DNA of 64,000 nucleotides, taken from Bdellovibrio sp. Lineage in GTDB: Bacteria; Bdellovibrionota; Bdellovibrionia; Bdellovibrionales; Bdellovibrionaceae. The position numbers and the translations under genes were made by a program. Shown piece by piece: positions 43,499 through 53,190 of this stretch. Position 1 is the stretch's first letter. The number at the start of each line of letters is the position of its first letter. The stretch lies in contig JAKFCY010000003.1 of NCBI GenBank assembly GCA_036676395.1, positions 352,001 to 416,000 of the forward strand. The letters are read 5' to 3'. The notes under the pieces are model-generated. The model did not search any database and was not told where the DNA came from. It saw nothing but the letters and a program-made list of their open reading frames with translations.

Positions 43499-44179
43499 AT
43501 GCATTTTAACTGGACGCAATTATTAGTGGGTCATCACTATGCTCACGTAGCAACTCTTGTTCTTGCCACTGTATTAACGATCATCTTAGGCCTAGTAGCT
43601 CGCGTATCATTAGGATCAGGTGATGCAGCAGTTATCCCAACAGGAAAATTTTCTGTTCGCGGTGTTTTCGAATTCTTAACTGAATACTTATACAACTTAG
43701 CAAGCCAAGTGATCGGCGCACACGGAAGAGCTTTCGGTCCGTACTTCGCGGCGATTTTTACTTTTATTTTAATCAACAACTTCTTAGGTTTATTACCTGG
43801 AATGACTCCTGCAACTGATAACTTCAACACGACATTCGCGTTCGGTGTGTTTTCATTCTTAGCATACAATGTTGTTGGTTTAAAAGAAGGTGGCTTAGGT
43901 TACCTTAAACATTTCTTGGGCCCAGTTTTAGCTTTAGCTCCATTGATGTTAATCATAGAATTAATTTCTCACTTTATTCGTCCGTTAACTTTAGGTTTAC
44001 GTTTAGCGAATGTAATGACAGGTGACCATGCGGTATTAACAGTTTTCTTAAACTTGTTTCCGATCGGGCCTGCAATTCCATTCTACTTAATGGGAATGCT
44101 TGTTTGCGTAATTCAAGCGTTCGTATTCACTTTATTATCAATGGTCTACGTGGCTCTTGCTACAGCCCACGACCACTAA
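43499..44179 (+). CDS. atpB: ATP synthase F0 subunit a
   Basis: RPLTLGLRLANVM.GDH and IQAFVFTLLSMVY motifs. Confidence 0.95.
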   Translation: MHFNWTQLLVGHHYAHVATLVLATVLTIILGLVARVSLGSGDAAVIPTGKFSVRGVFEFLTEYLYNLASQVIGAHGRAFGPYFAAIFTFILINNFLGLLPGMTPATDNFNTTFAFGVFSFLAYNVVGLKEGGLGYLKHFLGPVLALAPLMLIIELISHFIRPLTLGLRLANVMTGDHAVLTVFLNLFPIGPAIPFYLMGMLVCVIQAFVFTLLSMVYVALATAHDH

Positions 44180-44213
44180 TACACAACACCCTTAATTGGG
44201 TAAGGAGATCCCC

Positions 44214-44531
44214 ATGAAAAAAGCAATTTTATTTGCTACAACTTTTTTAGCTTCTGTTAGCGTTTTCGCTCAAGATGCTGCTGCAGCTTCTTCTAATAGC
44301 GGTTTAATCGCTATCGGCGCTGCTATCGCAATCGGTTTAGCTGTTTACGGCGGAACTTCTGCACAAGGTAAAGCTGCTTCTGCTGCTTTAGAAGGAATGG
44401 CTCGTAATCCAGCTGCTTCTGACAAATTATTCACTCCGCTTATCTTATCTTTAGCTCTTATCGAGTCTTTAGTTATCTTAGCGTTCCTAGTTGCTTTCGT
44501 AAAATTACCAGCAGCTGGTTTCGGTTTCTAA
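44214..44531 (+). CDS. atpE: ATP synthase F0 subunit c with N-terminal signal-like extension
   Basis: ARNP loop and ALIESL with the essential Glu; AAGGAG RBS before ATG 44214. Confidence 0.95.
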   Translation: MKKAILFATTFLASVSVFAQDAAAASSNSGLIAIGAAIAIGLAVYGGTSAQGKAASAALEGMARNPAASDKLFTPLILSLALIESLVILAFLVAFVKLPAAGFGF

Positions 44532-44563
44532 TTTTTTCTATTAGAAAAAGTTTCGAACTTAAG

Positions 44564-44593
44564 AAAGGTCGGTTTAATGCCGGCCTTTTTTTA
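44564..44593 (+). terminator. Intrinsic terminator after atpE
   Basis: AAAGGTCGGT-TTAAT-GCCGGCCTTT followed by a T run. Confidence 0.8.
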
Positions 44594-44669
44594 TTTGTAG
44601 AAACGACCGCTCCGCTGGTTACCATCCGTGGCGGGTTTCTTCTGCCAGGAAGGCAGAAGAGTGATGATA

Positions 44670-44699
44670 AAAAAACCCATACATTTCTGCATGGGTTTT
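44670..44699 (-). terminator. Intrinsic terminator after pgm
   Basis: AAAACCCAT...ATGGGTTTT with a U-tract on the minus strand. Confidence 0.7.
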
Positions 44700-44723
44700 A
44701 ATTCAAAATCTAAATATTAAATT

Positions 44724-46091
44724 TTATAAATATTTGTTCACTACGTTCATTACTGAATCTTGGATTTTCTTTAATCCCGCCTCAGATGATGATTCGAAAC
44801 GAACTACTAATACAGGTTGTGTATTAGAGGCTCTTGCCAATGCCCAGCCGTCTGCGAAACTGATTCTGATGCCATCGATTAGATTTACTTTGTAATCGTC
44901 TGAAGGTTTTAAGAAAGCTTCTTTTACTTTTTCTACGATTAATACTTTTTTCTCTTCGGTTGTATCAATTCTGATTTCTGGTGTGTTGAATGCTGGAGGT
45001 AAACCTTCTAATAATTGCTGAACGTTCTTTCCTGTTTGAGAAAGGATTTCGCAAAGACGTAGACCTGCGTAGGGAGCATCATCGTAGCCGTAGTTTCTGT
45101 CGGCGAAGAAGATGTGGCCCGACATTTCGCCGCCGAAGGGTGCTTTTTCTGATTTAACTTTATCTTTGATTAAGCTGTGGCCGGTTTTCCATAATACCGG
45201 AATACCGCCGTGTTTTGCAATGTCAGCGTACATTCTATCAGAGCATTTTACATCGCCCACTACTTTTCCACCCTTGCTAGTAGCAAGAATAGAGCGTGCG
45301 TAGATTGTCATTAATTCATCGCCGTAAATCATTTTGCCGGTGTGATCAACGATACCGATGCGATCTGCATCGCCGTCAAAGCCGATTCCGCAAATGGCGC
45401 CTGTTTCTTTTACGCGTTTTGCAAGATCAACTAAGTTTTCTTCTACTGTTGGATCTGGATGATGGTTAGGAAAATTTCCGTCTGGTTGTTCGAATAAAAT
45501 TTCTGGAGTTAAACCGACAGCTTCGAATAATCTTTTTACGATCACGCCGCCAGCGCCATTACCGCAATCTAGAACAACTTTGATTGGCTTTAACTGCCCG
45601 AATTCTTTTTTGTAGCGCTCTAAGTATTCTGGAAAAATATCGTGGTCTTTTGAAGCGCCAGGCCCTTGGATGTAATCTTTTTCTGAAATAATTTTGTATA
45701 ATTCTTGGATTTCAGCTCCATGAATTGTGGTTTTACCGAATGAAATTTTAAAACCGTTATATTCTGGTGGATTATGTGAACCCGTTACCATGATGCCGCC
45801 ATCTAAATCTAGCGCGAATGTTGAGAAATAACTGATCGGAGATGTGACCATTCCCAACATGTAAACTTCGGCGCCCGATTCAACGAAACCTTTTCTTAGA
45901 TTTTCGATTAACGGAATAGAAGAAGTTCTGGCGTCGTGGCCTAAAGATAAACGAAAAGATTTTTTACCGGTTTTTTTGTAAACGTAAGAGCAAAAAGCTT
46001 TTCCTAGGTTGTAAGCGAATTCATCGTCGAATTGTTTGTTATAAACTCCACGGATATCGTATTCACGAAAAATAATTGGGCTGATAATCAT
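44724..46091 (-). CDS. pgm: Phosphomannomutase/phosphoglucomutase
   Basis: FREYDIRG, TGSHNP, FDGDADR, GEMSGH and RASNTQP motifs. Confidence 0.93.
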   Translation of the reverse strand: MIISPIIFREYDIRGVYNKQFDDEFAYNLGKAFCSYVYKKTGKKSFRLSLGHDARTSSIPLIENLRKGFVESGAEVYMLGMVTSPISYFSTFALDLDGGIMVTGSHNPPEYNGFKISFGKTTIHGAEIQELYKIISEKDYIQGPGASKDHDIFPEYLERYKKEFGQLKPIKVVLDCGNGAGGVIVKRLFEAVGLTPEILFEQPDGNFPNHHPDPTVEENLVDLAKRVKETGAICGIGFDGDADRIGIVDHTGKMIYGDELMTIYARSILATSKGGKVVGDVKCSDRMYADIAKHGGIPVLWKTGHSLIKDKVKSEKAPFGGEMSGHIFFADRNYGYDDAPYAGLRLCEILSQTGKNVQQLLEGLPPAFNTPEIRIDTTEEKKVLIVEKVKEAFLKPSDDYKVNLIDGIRISFADGWALARASNTQPVLVVRFESSSEAGLKKIQDSVMNVVNKYL

Positions 46092-47071
46092 GTTCTTTTT
46101 CCTCTCAGTAACTGTAAATTTAACTCAATCGCCTCACGCATGGAATTGGCGTTAGCTTTGTTTTTATTGTAAATATCTTTAGCTGTTCCATGATCTACGC
46201 TGGTGCGTAGAAATGGTAGTCCTAACGTAATGTGAACGCCAGAGTCTTGGCCATGGATCATTTTAAACGGGATTAAACCTTGGTCATGGTACAGAGCCAG
46301 GTAGGTCGAATATTTTGACCAGTTACTGGGAAAAAACGCTGCATCTGGAACCAGCGGCTGCGATAAATGTCTATATTTCTTCACTAGCGGTAGTAAAACT
46401 TTTTGTTCGAAAGATCCAACTACACCTTTTTCGCCGGCGTGTGGATTTAAACCTAAAAGACCTACGGGCTTACCACTAGATAGCAGTGTTTGTAATTTTT
46501 TGGCCGCTAAAATACTGCCTGTGAGTTTCTGTGTGGATAAGTCCTTTTCAACATCTTTTAGCGCAATATGATCTGTGGCAATGATGACATTAAACTTATT
46601 GCCGACAAACCCCATAAATAGTGGGTACTTTGGAAAGTAATGACGAAAGATTCCGGTGTGGCCGATAAACTTATAACCCGCATCTTTGATTAAGGTTTTT
46701 GAAATAGGCGCTGTAACTAAGGAATCAAATACTTTATCGCGACAAAGCTCTGTTGCTTCGATAATCCAATCAGCCGCATTAGTTGAAAGCTCTAGGTCGA
46801 ATAAAAAGCGCGAATCAAGAGCCTTGGCGCTTTTTAAAATATAATAAAAAGCTAAGGCTGACTTTGTAGTTTTAAACGTTAGACGTGAAAACTTTGTATC
46901 TAATAATTGAAAATAGCGTTTTTGATTTTTTTCTTGGTTCTTGTCGCGAAATATAAAAAACGATGCGCTTTTTTGCGGACCAAGTTTAGCCAAAGCTTTG
47001 GCTGTAACTTCAAAACCAATACCATCGGGGTCACCGGTGGTAATTGCTACTGCAGAAAATTTATTACTCAT
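46088..47071 (-). CDS. pdxA: 4-hydroxythreonine-4-phosphate dehydrogenase
   Basis: GDPDGIG.E, TAPISK, GHT, GLNPHAGE, YHDQGL and RTSVDHGTA motifs. Confidence 0.93.
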   Translation of the reverse strand: MSNKFSAVAITTGDPDGIGFEVTAKALAKLGPQKSASFFIFRDKNQEKNQKRYFQLLDTKFSRLTFKTTKSALAFYYILKSAKALDSRFLFDLELSTNAADWIIEATELCRDKVFDSLVTAPISKTLIKDAGYKFIGHTGIFRHYFPKYPLFMGFVGNKFNVIIATDHIALKDVEKDLSTQKLTGSILAAKKLQTLLSSGKPVGLLGLNPHAGEKGVVGSFEQKVLLPLVKKYRHLSQPLVPDAAFFPSNWSKYSTYLALYHDQGLIPFKMIHGQDSGVHITLGLPFLRTSVDHGTAKDIYNKNKANANSMREAIELNLQLLRGKRT

Positions 47072-48050
47072 ATAGCTTGATGTAGGCGTCTTGTTTTTTA
47101 GATTCAAACCAGTTTTTTAATTGACGCTTGAAATTTTTTTCAACAAGCCCTGCTTTGATTTGTTCTTTGTAGCGTAAAAACATTGGGTCTTGAGTTACTT
47201 TTTTATCTAAAACTTTTAAAATTTGAAAACCACGTGAGGTGCGAACAATTTGCGAAGTTTCGCCAGCCTCTAAATTAGCGACAGCTTTTTCCATTTCGGC
47301 ATTTAGTTCACCAGTTTTAAACTGACCCAAATAACCACCGGCATTTGCATTTGAATCTTCATTATATTTATCGGCTAACGCTTCAAAAGATTCTCCGGCC
47401 TGTAGTTTTTTGTAAACTGCATCAGCACGCTTCAAAGCTTCTGCAGGAGTACCTTTGCGTGGATTAAAGAAAATCATTCCTACTTTAATTTCGTTTACGT
47501 TAGGCTTGTATTTAGGATTACGGTTTTTATATTCGTTGTAGGCGTCTTCGTCAGTAATGCGAAGCTTAGCAACAATTTCAGATTCAAAAAAGCTTTGGCG
47601 CTCTAAGCGTGATTTCAAAGTTTTTTTGTAATCAGCGATGTTGTAGCCCTGCTTTTTTAAATAAGTTTCTAACTCAGTTCTGTTCATCTGATTTTTTTTT
47701 GCCAGATTGCCCATTTCTTCATTAATGCGTTCTTCAGTAAAAGATAGATTTTGGCGTTTAATTTCTGATTCGACTAATTTTTCGCGAATTAAATACTGTA
47801 ATTGACTTGTGCGGCTAGACTTAAGATCTTCGATTTTATCATCTAACAACATCGTATCATCAATTGAACCTTCTTTTTTTAAGCGTGAAGGAATCTCGTT
47901 AAGATCAGATTGTAAAACAGCTTCAGAACCCACCGTGGCGATAATCTTGTCGACCAATTCAGATTTTTTAGTGTTTTCTTTGGCAGGAGCGGCCGTCGAA
48001 ATTGAAGAAATAGACAGTATAAATGTAAGGCAGATAAATAAGCGTTTCAT
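47064..48050 (-). CDS. surA: SurA-like periplasmic chaperone / parvulin PPIase
   Basis: Signal peptide, VDKIIATV SurA N-domain, parvulin FEALA..Y.ED..GGYLG; upstream of pdxA. Confidence 0.8.
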   Translation of the reverse strand: MKRLFICLTFILSISSISTAAPAKENTKKSELVDKIIATVGSEAVLQSDLNEIPSRLKKEGSIDDTMLLDDKIEDLKSSRTSQLQYLIREKLVESEIKRQNLSFTEERINEEMGNLAKKNQMNRTELETYLKKQGYNIADYKKTLKSRLERQSFFESEIVAKLRITDEDAYNEYKNRNPKYKPNVNEIKVGMIFFNPRKGTPAEALKRADAVYKKLQAGESFEALADKYNEDSNANAGGYLGQFKTGELNAEMEKAVANLEAGETSQIVRTSRGFQILKVLDKKVTQDPMFLRYKEQIKAGLVEKNFKRQLKNWFESKKQDAYIKLYE

Positions 48051-48065
48051 GCTTTATTTATCTCT

Positions 48066-49070
48066 TTATTCTTCGCGGGTTTCAACGACCAAAGCGTCAA
48101 TAGCAGCATTGTTTCTAAGTATTTTATAGCGCTTAATTTGTTCGTCTAACCAGGCTGAAAACCGCGCAGATTCACGAAGAGAAACGACTTCAGCCAGAAT
48201 CTGTGGCTTGACCTCGTCAAACAGGCGCTGAAAAGACTGCTTGCGCTGAGTGACTTTAAATAAACGATAGCCTTCGGCTACCTGAATGGGACCAATGAGC
48301 TCAGATTTTTTAGAAATAAACAACGGTTCAAGCGGAGACCCTTGCGCGCGTTCAATCCAGCCGTATTTCATTGCGACGGGATTGGCCCGATCTAAAGAGT
48401 ATTCTTTAAACAAACTTTGCAAAGATGATTTGCGGTAAAGTTTTTTAACAACATCAGCTTGGTTTTCATCTTGTAATAAAATGGACTCAGCGTGCACGGA
48501 TTCGTTTTGAAAATATTTAAGTTTATTGTTTTGGTAATGGGCCTGAAGTTCTTCAGCAGTTGGCGTGGCCATTTCTTTGCGAAGTTCAGAAAATAAAACA
48601 TCTCGTTTCAAACCTATTTCGACGGCTTTACGCCAATCTTGGTAAGATTTATTTTGCGAAGCCAATTCATCACGAAAATCTTTATCGCTCGGAAATTGCG
48701 AAATTGTTTTTGCAAGTTCAGCTTCTAAAACTTTTCTATCGATGTGTAATTTTTTGTCAGCGAACCATTGCTCAATTAAGGCGTCGACTAAAAAGTCAGT
48801 GGTTACCTTAGTTTTAAATGTTTTTAAAACAGAAGGATCTTTTGCCGACAAAGGATCAAGTTCTTTGAGGCGATTGGCTAAAGCCATCGAAAATTGGCTT
48901 AAGGTCATGGCGCGATTTTCAACCTGTAGAACGACTTTAGATTTTGTGTTGTAAGAAAAAAGATCGCAGCCTGACAGCAATGCCAGACATACAAAAAACC
49001 CCGCGACGGCGGGGCTTTTGCTAAGCAATAAATTTATCTGAGGTTTACTCAACCAATTTAGAGTTAACAT
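48066..49070 (-). CDS. Parvulin/SurA-like lipoprotein (degenerate PPIase)
   Basis: Lipobox LSGC, EELQAHY..N...Y, SILL, YGWIER and GPIQVAEGYRLFKV. Start is ATG 49070 or TTG 49052. Confidence 0.7.
   Translation of the reverse strand: MLTLNWLSKPQINLLLSKSPAVAGFFVCLALLSGCDLFSYNTKSKVVLQVENRAMTLSQFSMALANRLKELDPLSAKDPSVLKTFKTKVTTDFLVDALIEQWFADKKLHIDRKVLEAELAKTISQFPSDKDFRDELASQNKSYQDWRKAVEIGLKRDVLFSELRKEMATPTAEELQAHYQNNKLKYFQNESVHAESILLQDENQADVVKKLYRKSSLQSLFKEYSLDRANPVAMKYGWIERAQGSPLEPLFISKKSELIGPIQVAEGYRLFKVTQRKQSFQRLFDEVKPQILAEVVSLRESARFSAWLDEQIKRYKILRNNAAIDALVVETREE
48993..49020 (-). terminator. Terminator-like hairpin after upstream PPIase, inside next CDS
   Basis: Minus strand AAAAGCCCCGC-CGTC-GCGGGGTTTTTT. 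Confidence 0.65.
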
Positions 49071-49860
49071 TTACAGGGTATTGTTTTTTTAATTTAGCAA
49101 AAAAATCATCGAATAAAGCTTTTCTTTTTTCGTCAAAAACCGCCATGCGGATTTCACGCTTTGTAGCTTCTTCATATGAACGTTTGCCAGTTAACTTAAA
49201 GATGTGAAATCCAAACGGAGTTTCTACTAAACTAGGAGTTACTTGGTTAAGTTTTAATTTAAGGGCGAAGTCATAATAAGAAGGAACTAAAGTTAAACGT
49301 GACTGCCAACCGATATCACCACCTAAGTTTTTAGTCGTTAAATCATCAGAATACAAACGAACTAATTCTTCAAATGGACGCTTTGATTTTAAAACTTCAC
49401 CTAAGATTTCAGTCGCACGTTTTTTAGCCTCTTCCCGCTGTTGAGGTGTGGCACCCGGCTTAACTTCGATTAAAATATCTGAAACGCGAATTTGAGGATT
49501 TCTTGCGTAGTGTTCTTTCATTTCCTGTTCAGAAACTTTACTTTCTTGAACTTTTTGGCCCAATTCTTTTTCAAGTAAACCTTTGTAAAGCTCTTGGTTT
49601 AAACGGTCTTGAACCATTGGGTCTTTTTCTAAGTTACGTTTTTTAGCTTCTTGTAAGCCAATTTCGTAACGAATAAGATCTTCTAAGAAAAGTTTGCGGC
49701 TTGGCATGTTGGTGATGACTTGCGAAGTCACTTCTTTGTACTTTTTGTTAAACTCATCAAGAGTGATTTTTTTATTTCCAACAGTTGCAACAACGTCAGA
49801 ACCTTTTTGAGCAAAAGCTGACAACGAAAAAGCTAGGCCTAATGATAAAATCCATTTCAT
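49045..49860 (-). CDS. Peptidyl-prolyl cis-trans isomerase (parvulin, PrsA-like)
   Basis: Signal peptide, VVATVG..KIT, FEELVRLYSDD..GGDIGW and VETPFGFHIFK motifs. Confidence 0.88.
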   Translation of the reverse strand: MKWILSLGLAFSLSAFAQKGSDVVATVGNKKITLDEFNKKYKEVTSQVITNMPSRKLFLEDLIRYEIGLQEAKKRNLEKDPMVQDRLNQELYKGLLEKELGQKVQESKVSEQEMKEHYARNPQIRVSDILIEVKPGATPQQREEAKKRATEILGEVLKSKRPFEELVRLYSDDLTTKNLGGDIGWQSRLTLVPSYYDFALKLKLNQVTPSLVETPFGFHIFKLTGKRSYEEATKREIRMAVFDEKRKALFDDFFAKLKKQYPVNVNSKLVE

Positions 49861-49931
49861 GTGCGTATTCCTTTATGCGAGATAAGTCCTATATAAAATG
49901 ATAAGGACTGCCCGCGGACTCGACAATGATT

Positions 49932-50576
49932 TTAAGTTAATTTGGCCGATTGGCTGCGTGCAGCATGAATCTGATTTTTCAGGGAATTTGCCAATTCAGG
50001 AGATCGTGGATCAGTAGTTTTATCAATCGTGAAATTAAACTCTAACCACAATACCGTTAGCTGGGCGAAAGGCTTGGGAAGATAAGTTTTGTTCCATGAT
50101 TTTGGAAAATGCCAGGCGCGATCACAAGTCAGTGCGCCAGCAAAAATTGGCGCTTTCATTAAACGAGCGATTTCAAACACGCCGGGCTTTACTTCATAAA
50201 TTGGACCTTTAGGACCATCCACAGCCATGCTGCAGTTTGAACCTTCTTTGCAAAACTTAAGTAAGCCTTTAAGTGCGGATACTCCGCCACGAGTAGCAGA
50301 GCCGCGCGAAGTTTTTGCGCCTAACAGATGAAGAACTGTATTCATCATCTCGCCGTCTTTTGACGTCGAAGTCATTGTTGCAATTTTATATCTTGAAGCT
50401 AATGAAATCAGGGCCAGTTCATCGCCGTGAAAATGCGCCAAGATAAAAGGTTTTTTTTCTTTCATCATGGTTTTCATAGAATCAGGTTCAATGATGTGAA
50501 CTTTCCAAGTCATCGACAGTGTTCTGTAGATGACCCAGATAATAAAACCTAAAATAAGGCCGCGAATTTTATGCAT
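49932..50576 (-). CDS. DUF374 / lysophospholipid acyltransferase family protein
   Basis: FHG, S.SKDGE, RGS..RGG, DGPKGP and SWNK..LPKPF motifs. Confidence 0.85.
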   Translation of the reverse strand: MHKIRGLILGFIIWVIYRTLSMTWKVHIIEPDSMKTMMKEKKPFILAHFHGDELALISLASRYKIATMTSTSKDGEMMNTVLHLLGAKTSRGSATRGGVSALKGLLKFCKEGSNCSMAVDGPKGPIYEVKPGVFEIARLMKAPIFAGALTCDRAWHFPKSWNKTYLPKPFAQLTVLWLEFNFTIDKTTDPRSPELANSLKNQIHAARSQSAKLT

Positions 50577-50583
50577 TAAAAAA

Positions 50584-51552
50584 TTAGTGGTGAAGAGCTT
50601 TTTTAAATTCTTCAGTTAACTTCGGTAAAATTTCAAACGCATCACCTACGATACCGTAAGTTGCTTTTTGAAAAATTGGAGCATTCGGATCATTGTTAAT
50701 CGCAACGATTACTTTTGAACCACTCATGCCGGCTAAATGTTGAATCGCGCCAGAAACACCAACAGCAATGTAAAGTGATGGAGCAACAGTTTTACCTGTT
50801 TGACCTACTTGCATACTGTGTGGAACCCAACCCGCATCAACAACCGCGCGTGATGCGCCAACTGTCGCACCTAAAACATCAGCTAAATCATTTAAAAGTT
50901 TAAAGTTGCCTGCTTCTTTTAAGCCGCGGCCGCCAGAAACGATAACGTTTGCTTCAGTTAAATCTAATTTTTCTGAAGTGCCTTTTACGATTTGTTTGAT
51001 AATTGTTTTTAAAGAAGGAGCCGCAAATGTGTGTTCAGTTGCAGGAGCTGTTTTTGAAGTGTCTGCCGGACCAACAAGTAATTGATTTGCGCGCATCAAA
51101 ACGATTTTAATTGCTGAGTTTTCAAAAGTTCCTGTGGCGAAAACTTTTCCGGCGTATAAAGGCTTTTTAACTTTTACGTCATCGCCAGAAATTGTGATTT
51201 CAGTGCCATCAGAAATTACACCCGCATTTAATTTTGCAGCTACGCGTGGAAATAAATCTTTAGCCGTCGAACCAGCAGAAGCCAGAACGATGGTTGCGCC
51301 AGTTTTTGTAATCACTTCAGAAACTGCTGTCGTAAATAATTCTGGGTTGTACATGTCAAAAGAAGCATCTTTTGCAAAATGGATTTCTTGAGCGCCATGA
51401 TGAGCAAGTTCTGCATTTGCAGTTCCAGCTTGTGTGCCTAAAGCAAAACCAAGAACTGTGTGACCAGACTTAGCAGCGAATTGTAAAAGCTCTTGAGAGC
51501 TTCTTTTAAGTTTATTGTTTTGAAATTCAGCAAATACTAAAATTTTAGACAT
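50584..51552 (-). CDS. etfA: Electron transfer flavoprotein alpha subunit
   Basis: VSGGRG, GASRAVVDAGW, QVGQTGKTV and GVSGAIQH motifs. Confidence 0.96.
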   Translation of the reverse strand: MSKILVFAEFQNNKLKRSSQELLQFAAKSGHTVLGFALGTQAGTANAELAHHGAQEIHFAKDASFDMYNPELFTTAVSEVITKTGATIVLASAGSTAKDLFPRVAAKLNAGVISDGTEITISGDDVKVKKPLYAGKVFATGTFENSAIKIVLMRANQLLVGPADTSKTAPATEHTFAAPSLKTIIKQIVKGTSEKLDLTEANVIVSGGRGLKEAGNFKLLNDLADVLGATVGASRAVVDAGWVPHSMQVGQTGKTVAPSLYIAVGVSGAIQHLAGMSGSKVIVAINNDPNAPIFQKATYGIVGDAFEILPKLTEEFKKALHH

Positions 51553-51560
51553 ATCGGCTC

Positions 51561-52337
51561 CTATAACACTTTCGCTTCGTCGCGAAGAAGTTTAATTAAT
51601 TCAGCAGCTTGTGCTGAAGCATCGCCAGTTAAAAGTTTAACCGCTGGTTTTTCAGCCGGTAATGTGAACTGAACATATTTTACTTTTTGGTCAGTGGCTG
51701 CGATTCCTAAAGTTGAAAATTCAACTTCTTTGATCACTTTCTTTTTGGCTTTCATGATTCCAGGTAAAGATGCATAACGAGGCATGTTTAAGCCTTTGTT
51801 TGCAGCAATTAATGAAGGATTCATCATTTGCACAACTTCTTTAGCTCCGCCTTCAGCATCACGTTCAACTAAAACGCTTTCGCCTTGGTTTTCAAATTTT
51901 GAAACCACAGAAGTGTGAGGAATTGATAAAAATTCTGCCACCATTTGTGGAACTGAAGATTGGTTGGCATCAATGGCTAATTTTCCAGTGAAAATTAAAT
52001 GAGCCCCGCCTTCAGCTTTAATTGTAGCTGCCAAAGCTTTTGCTGTAGAGAGAGCATCTAATTTTTCATCAGCATTAATTACGATGGCTTCATCAGCGCC
52101 CATGGCTAATGCAGTTCTTAATGATTCAACGGCGCGAGTTTTTGGTCCAGCAGTGATGGCCCACACTTGAGCTGTTGGATTCTTTTCTTTAAATTTTACA
52201 GCTTCTTCTACGGCAAATTCGTCGTAAGGGTTTAAAACCCATTTGATTCCAGCTGTGTCGATTCCATTTTGGTCAGCGGCAACTTTGATTTTTGTTTCAG
52301 TGTCTGGCACTTGCTTAATACACACGAAAATTTTCAT
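51561..52337 (-). CDS. etfB: Electron transfer flavoprotein beta subunit
   Basis: MKIFVCIKQVPD, NPYDEFAVEEA, ALAMGAD and PRYASL motifs. Confidence 0.96.
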   Translation of the reverse strand: MKIFVCIKQVPDTETKIKVAADQNGIDTAGIKWVLNPYDEFAVEEAVKFKEKNPTAQVWAITAGPKTRAVESLRTALAMGADEAIVINADEKLDALSTAKALAATIKAEGGAHLIFTGKLAIDANQSSVPQMVAEFLSIPHTSVVSKFENQGESVLVERDAEGGAKEVVQMMNPSLIAANKGLNMPRYASLPGIMKAKKKVIKEVEFSTLGIAATDQKVKYVQFTLPAEKPAVKLLTGDASAQAAELIKLLRDEAKVL

Positions 52338-52517
52338 GCTTTGATACCTCATTTTTGTTTAATAAATGAACCCATTTGTTCTAGCGCAAGTGCCTGAAAT
52401 CAGACAGTGAATTATAAAAATAACGTGACGCAAAATTTGTGCGGTAAAGCGAGGCGTAAAGTGACAATTTATCCAGGCAAGGTTTATTGTAAGATGAAAA
52501 CATTATGAGAAGGTGAA

Positions 52518-53189
52518 GTGTCTATGTTTGATTTCGTTAAGTCGACAGTCGGTCGAAAATACATCATGGGAATCTCTGGCTTGGTGTGGATGGGTTTTGT
52601 GCTCTCTCACATGGCAGGAAATATGCTGATTCTTGTGAGCCCTGATTTGTACAATGCTTATGGGCATGCAATTTTATCAAACAAGCCGCTGCTTTACGGG
52701 GCGGAATCAGTTTTGGTTTTGGCTTTGATCGTTCACGTGGTGACGGCGATTTCTTTAACCGTAGAAAATCGCAAAGCCAAAGGCTCTCGTTATGCTGTGG
52801 GCGCAAGCGGCGAAAAAGCTTCAACCTTAGCTTCGCGAACTATGGGCATGCAAGGCTCACTGGTTTTGGCTTTCATCATTTTACATTTAGCGACGTTTAA
52901 ATATGGAACCCATTACGACACAACAGTAAATGGCGTGCAAATGCGCGATCTGCATCGCTTAGTTATCGAAATTTTTCAACAGCCTGGCTATGTGGTTTGG
53001 TATGTTGTCGCACTAATTGTTTTAATGTTCCACTTAAGCCACGGTGCTCATTCGATCTTTCAATCATTTGGTTTCTTAGAAAGAAAAATGATTAAGGGAG
53101 TTAGAAAGTTTGCCTGGGTTTATGCAATTATCGTAGTTGCTGGATTCTTATCTCAACCCGCTTACGTATTTTTATTGAGAGGAAAATAA
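52518..53189 (+). CDS. sdhC: Succinate dehydrogenase cytochrome b subunit
   Basis: [18 protein letters not shown] and HLSHG..S.FQSFG; five TM helices with heme His. Confidence 0.9.
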   Translation: MSMFDFVKSTVGRKYIMGISGLVWMGFVLSHMAGNMLILVSPDLYNAYGHAILSNKPLLYGAESVLVLALIVHVVTAISLTVENRKAKGSRYAVGASGEKASTLASRTMGMQGSLVLAFIILHLATFKYGTHYDTTVNGVQMRDLHRLVIEIFQQPGYVVWYVVALIVLMFHLSHGAHSIFQSFGFLERKMIKGVRKFAWVYAIIVVAGFLSQPAYVFLLRGK

Positions 53190-53190
53190 T

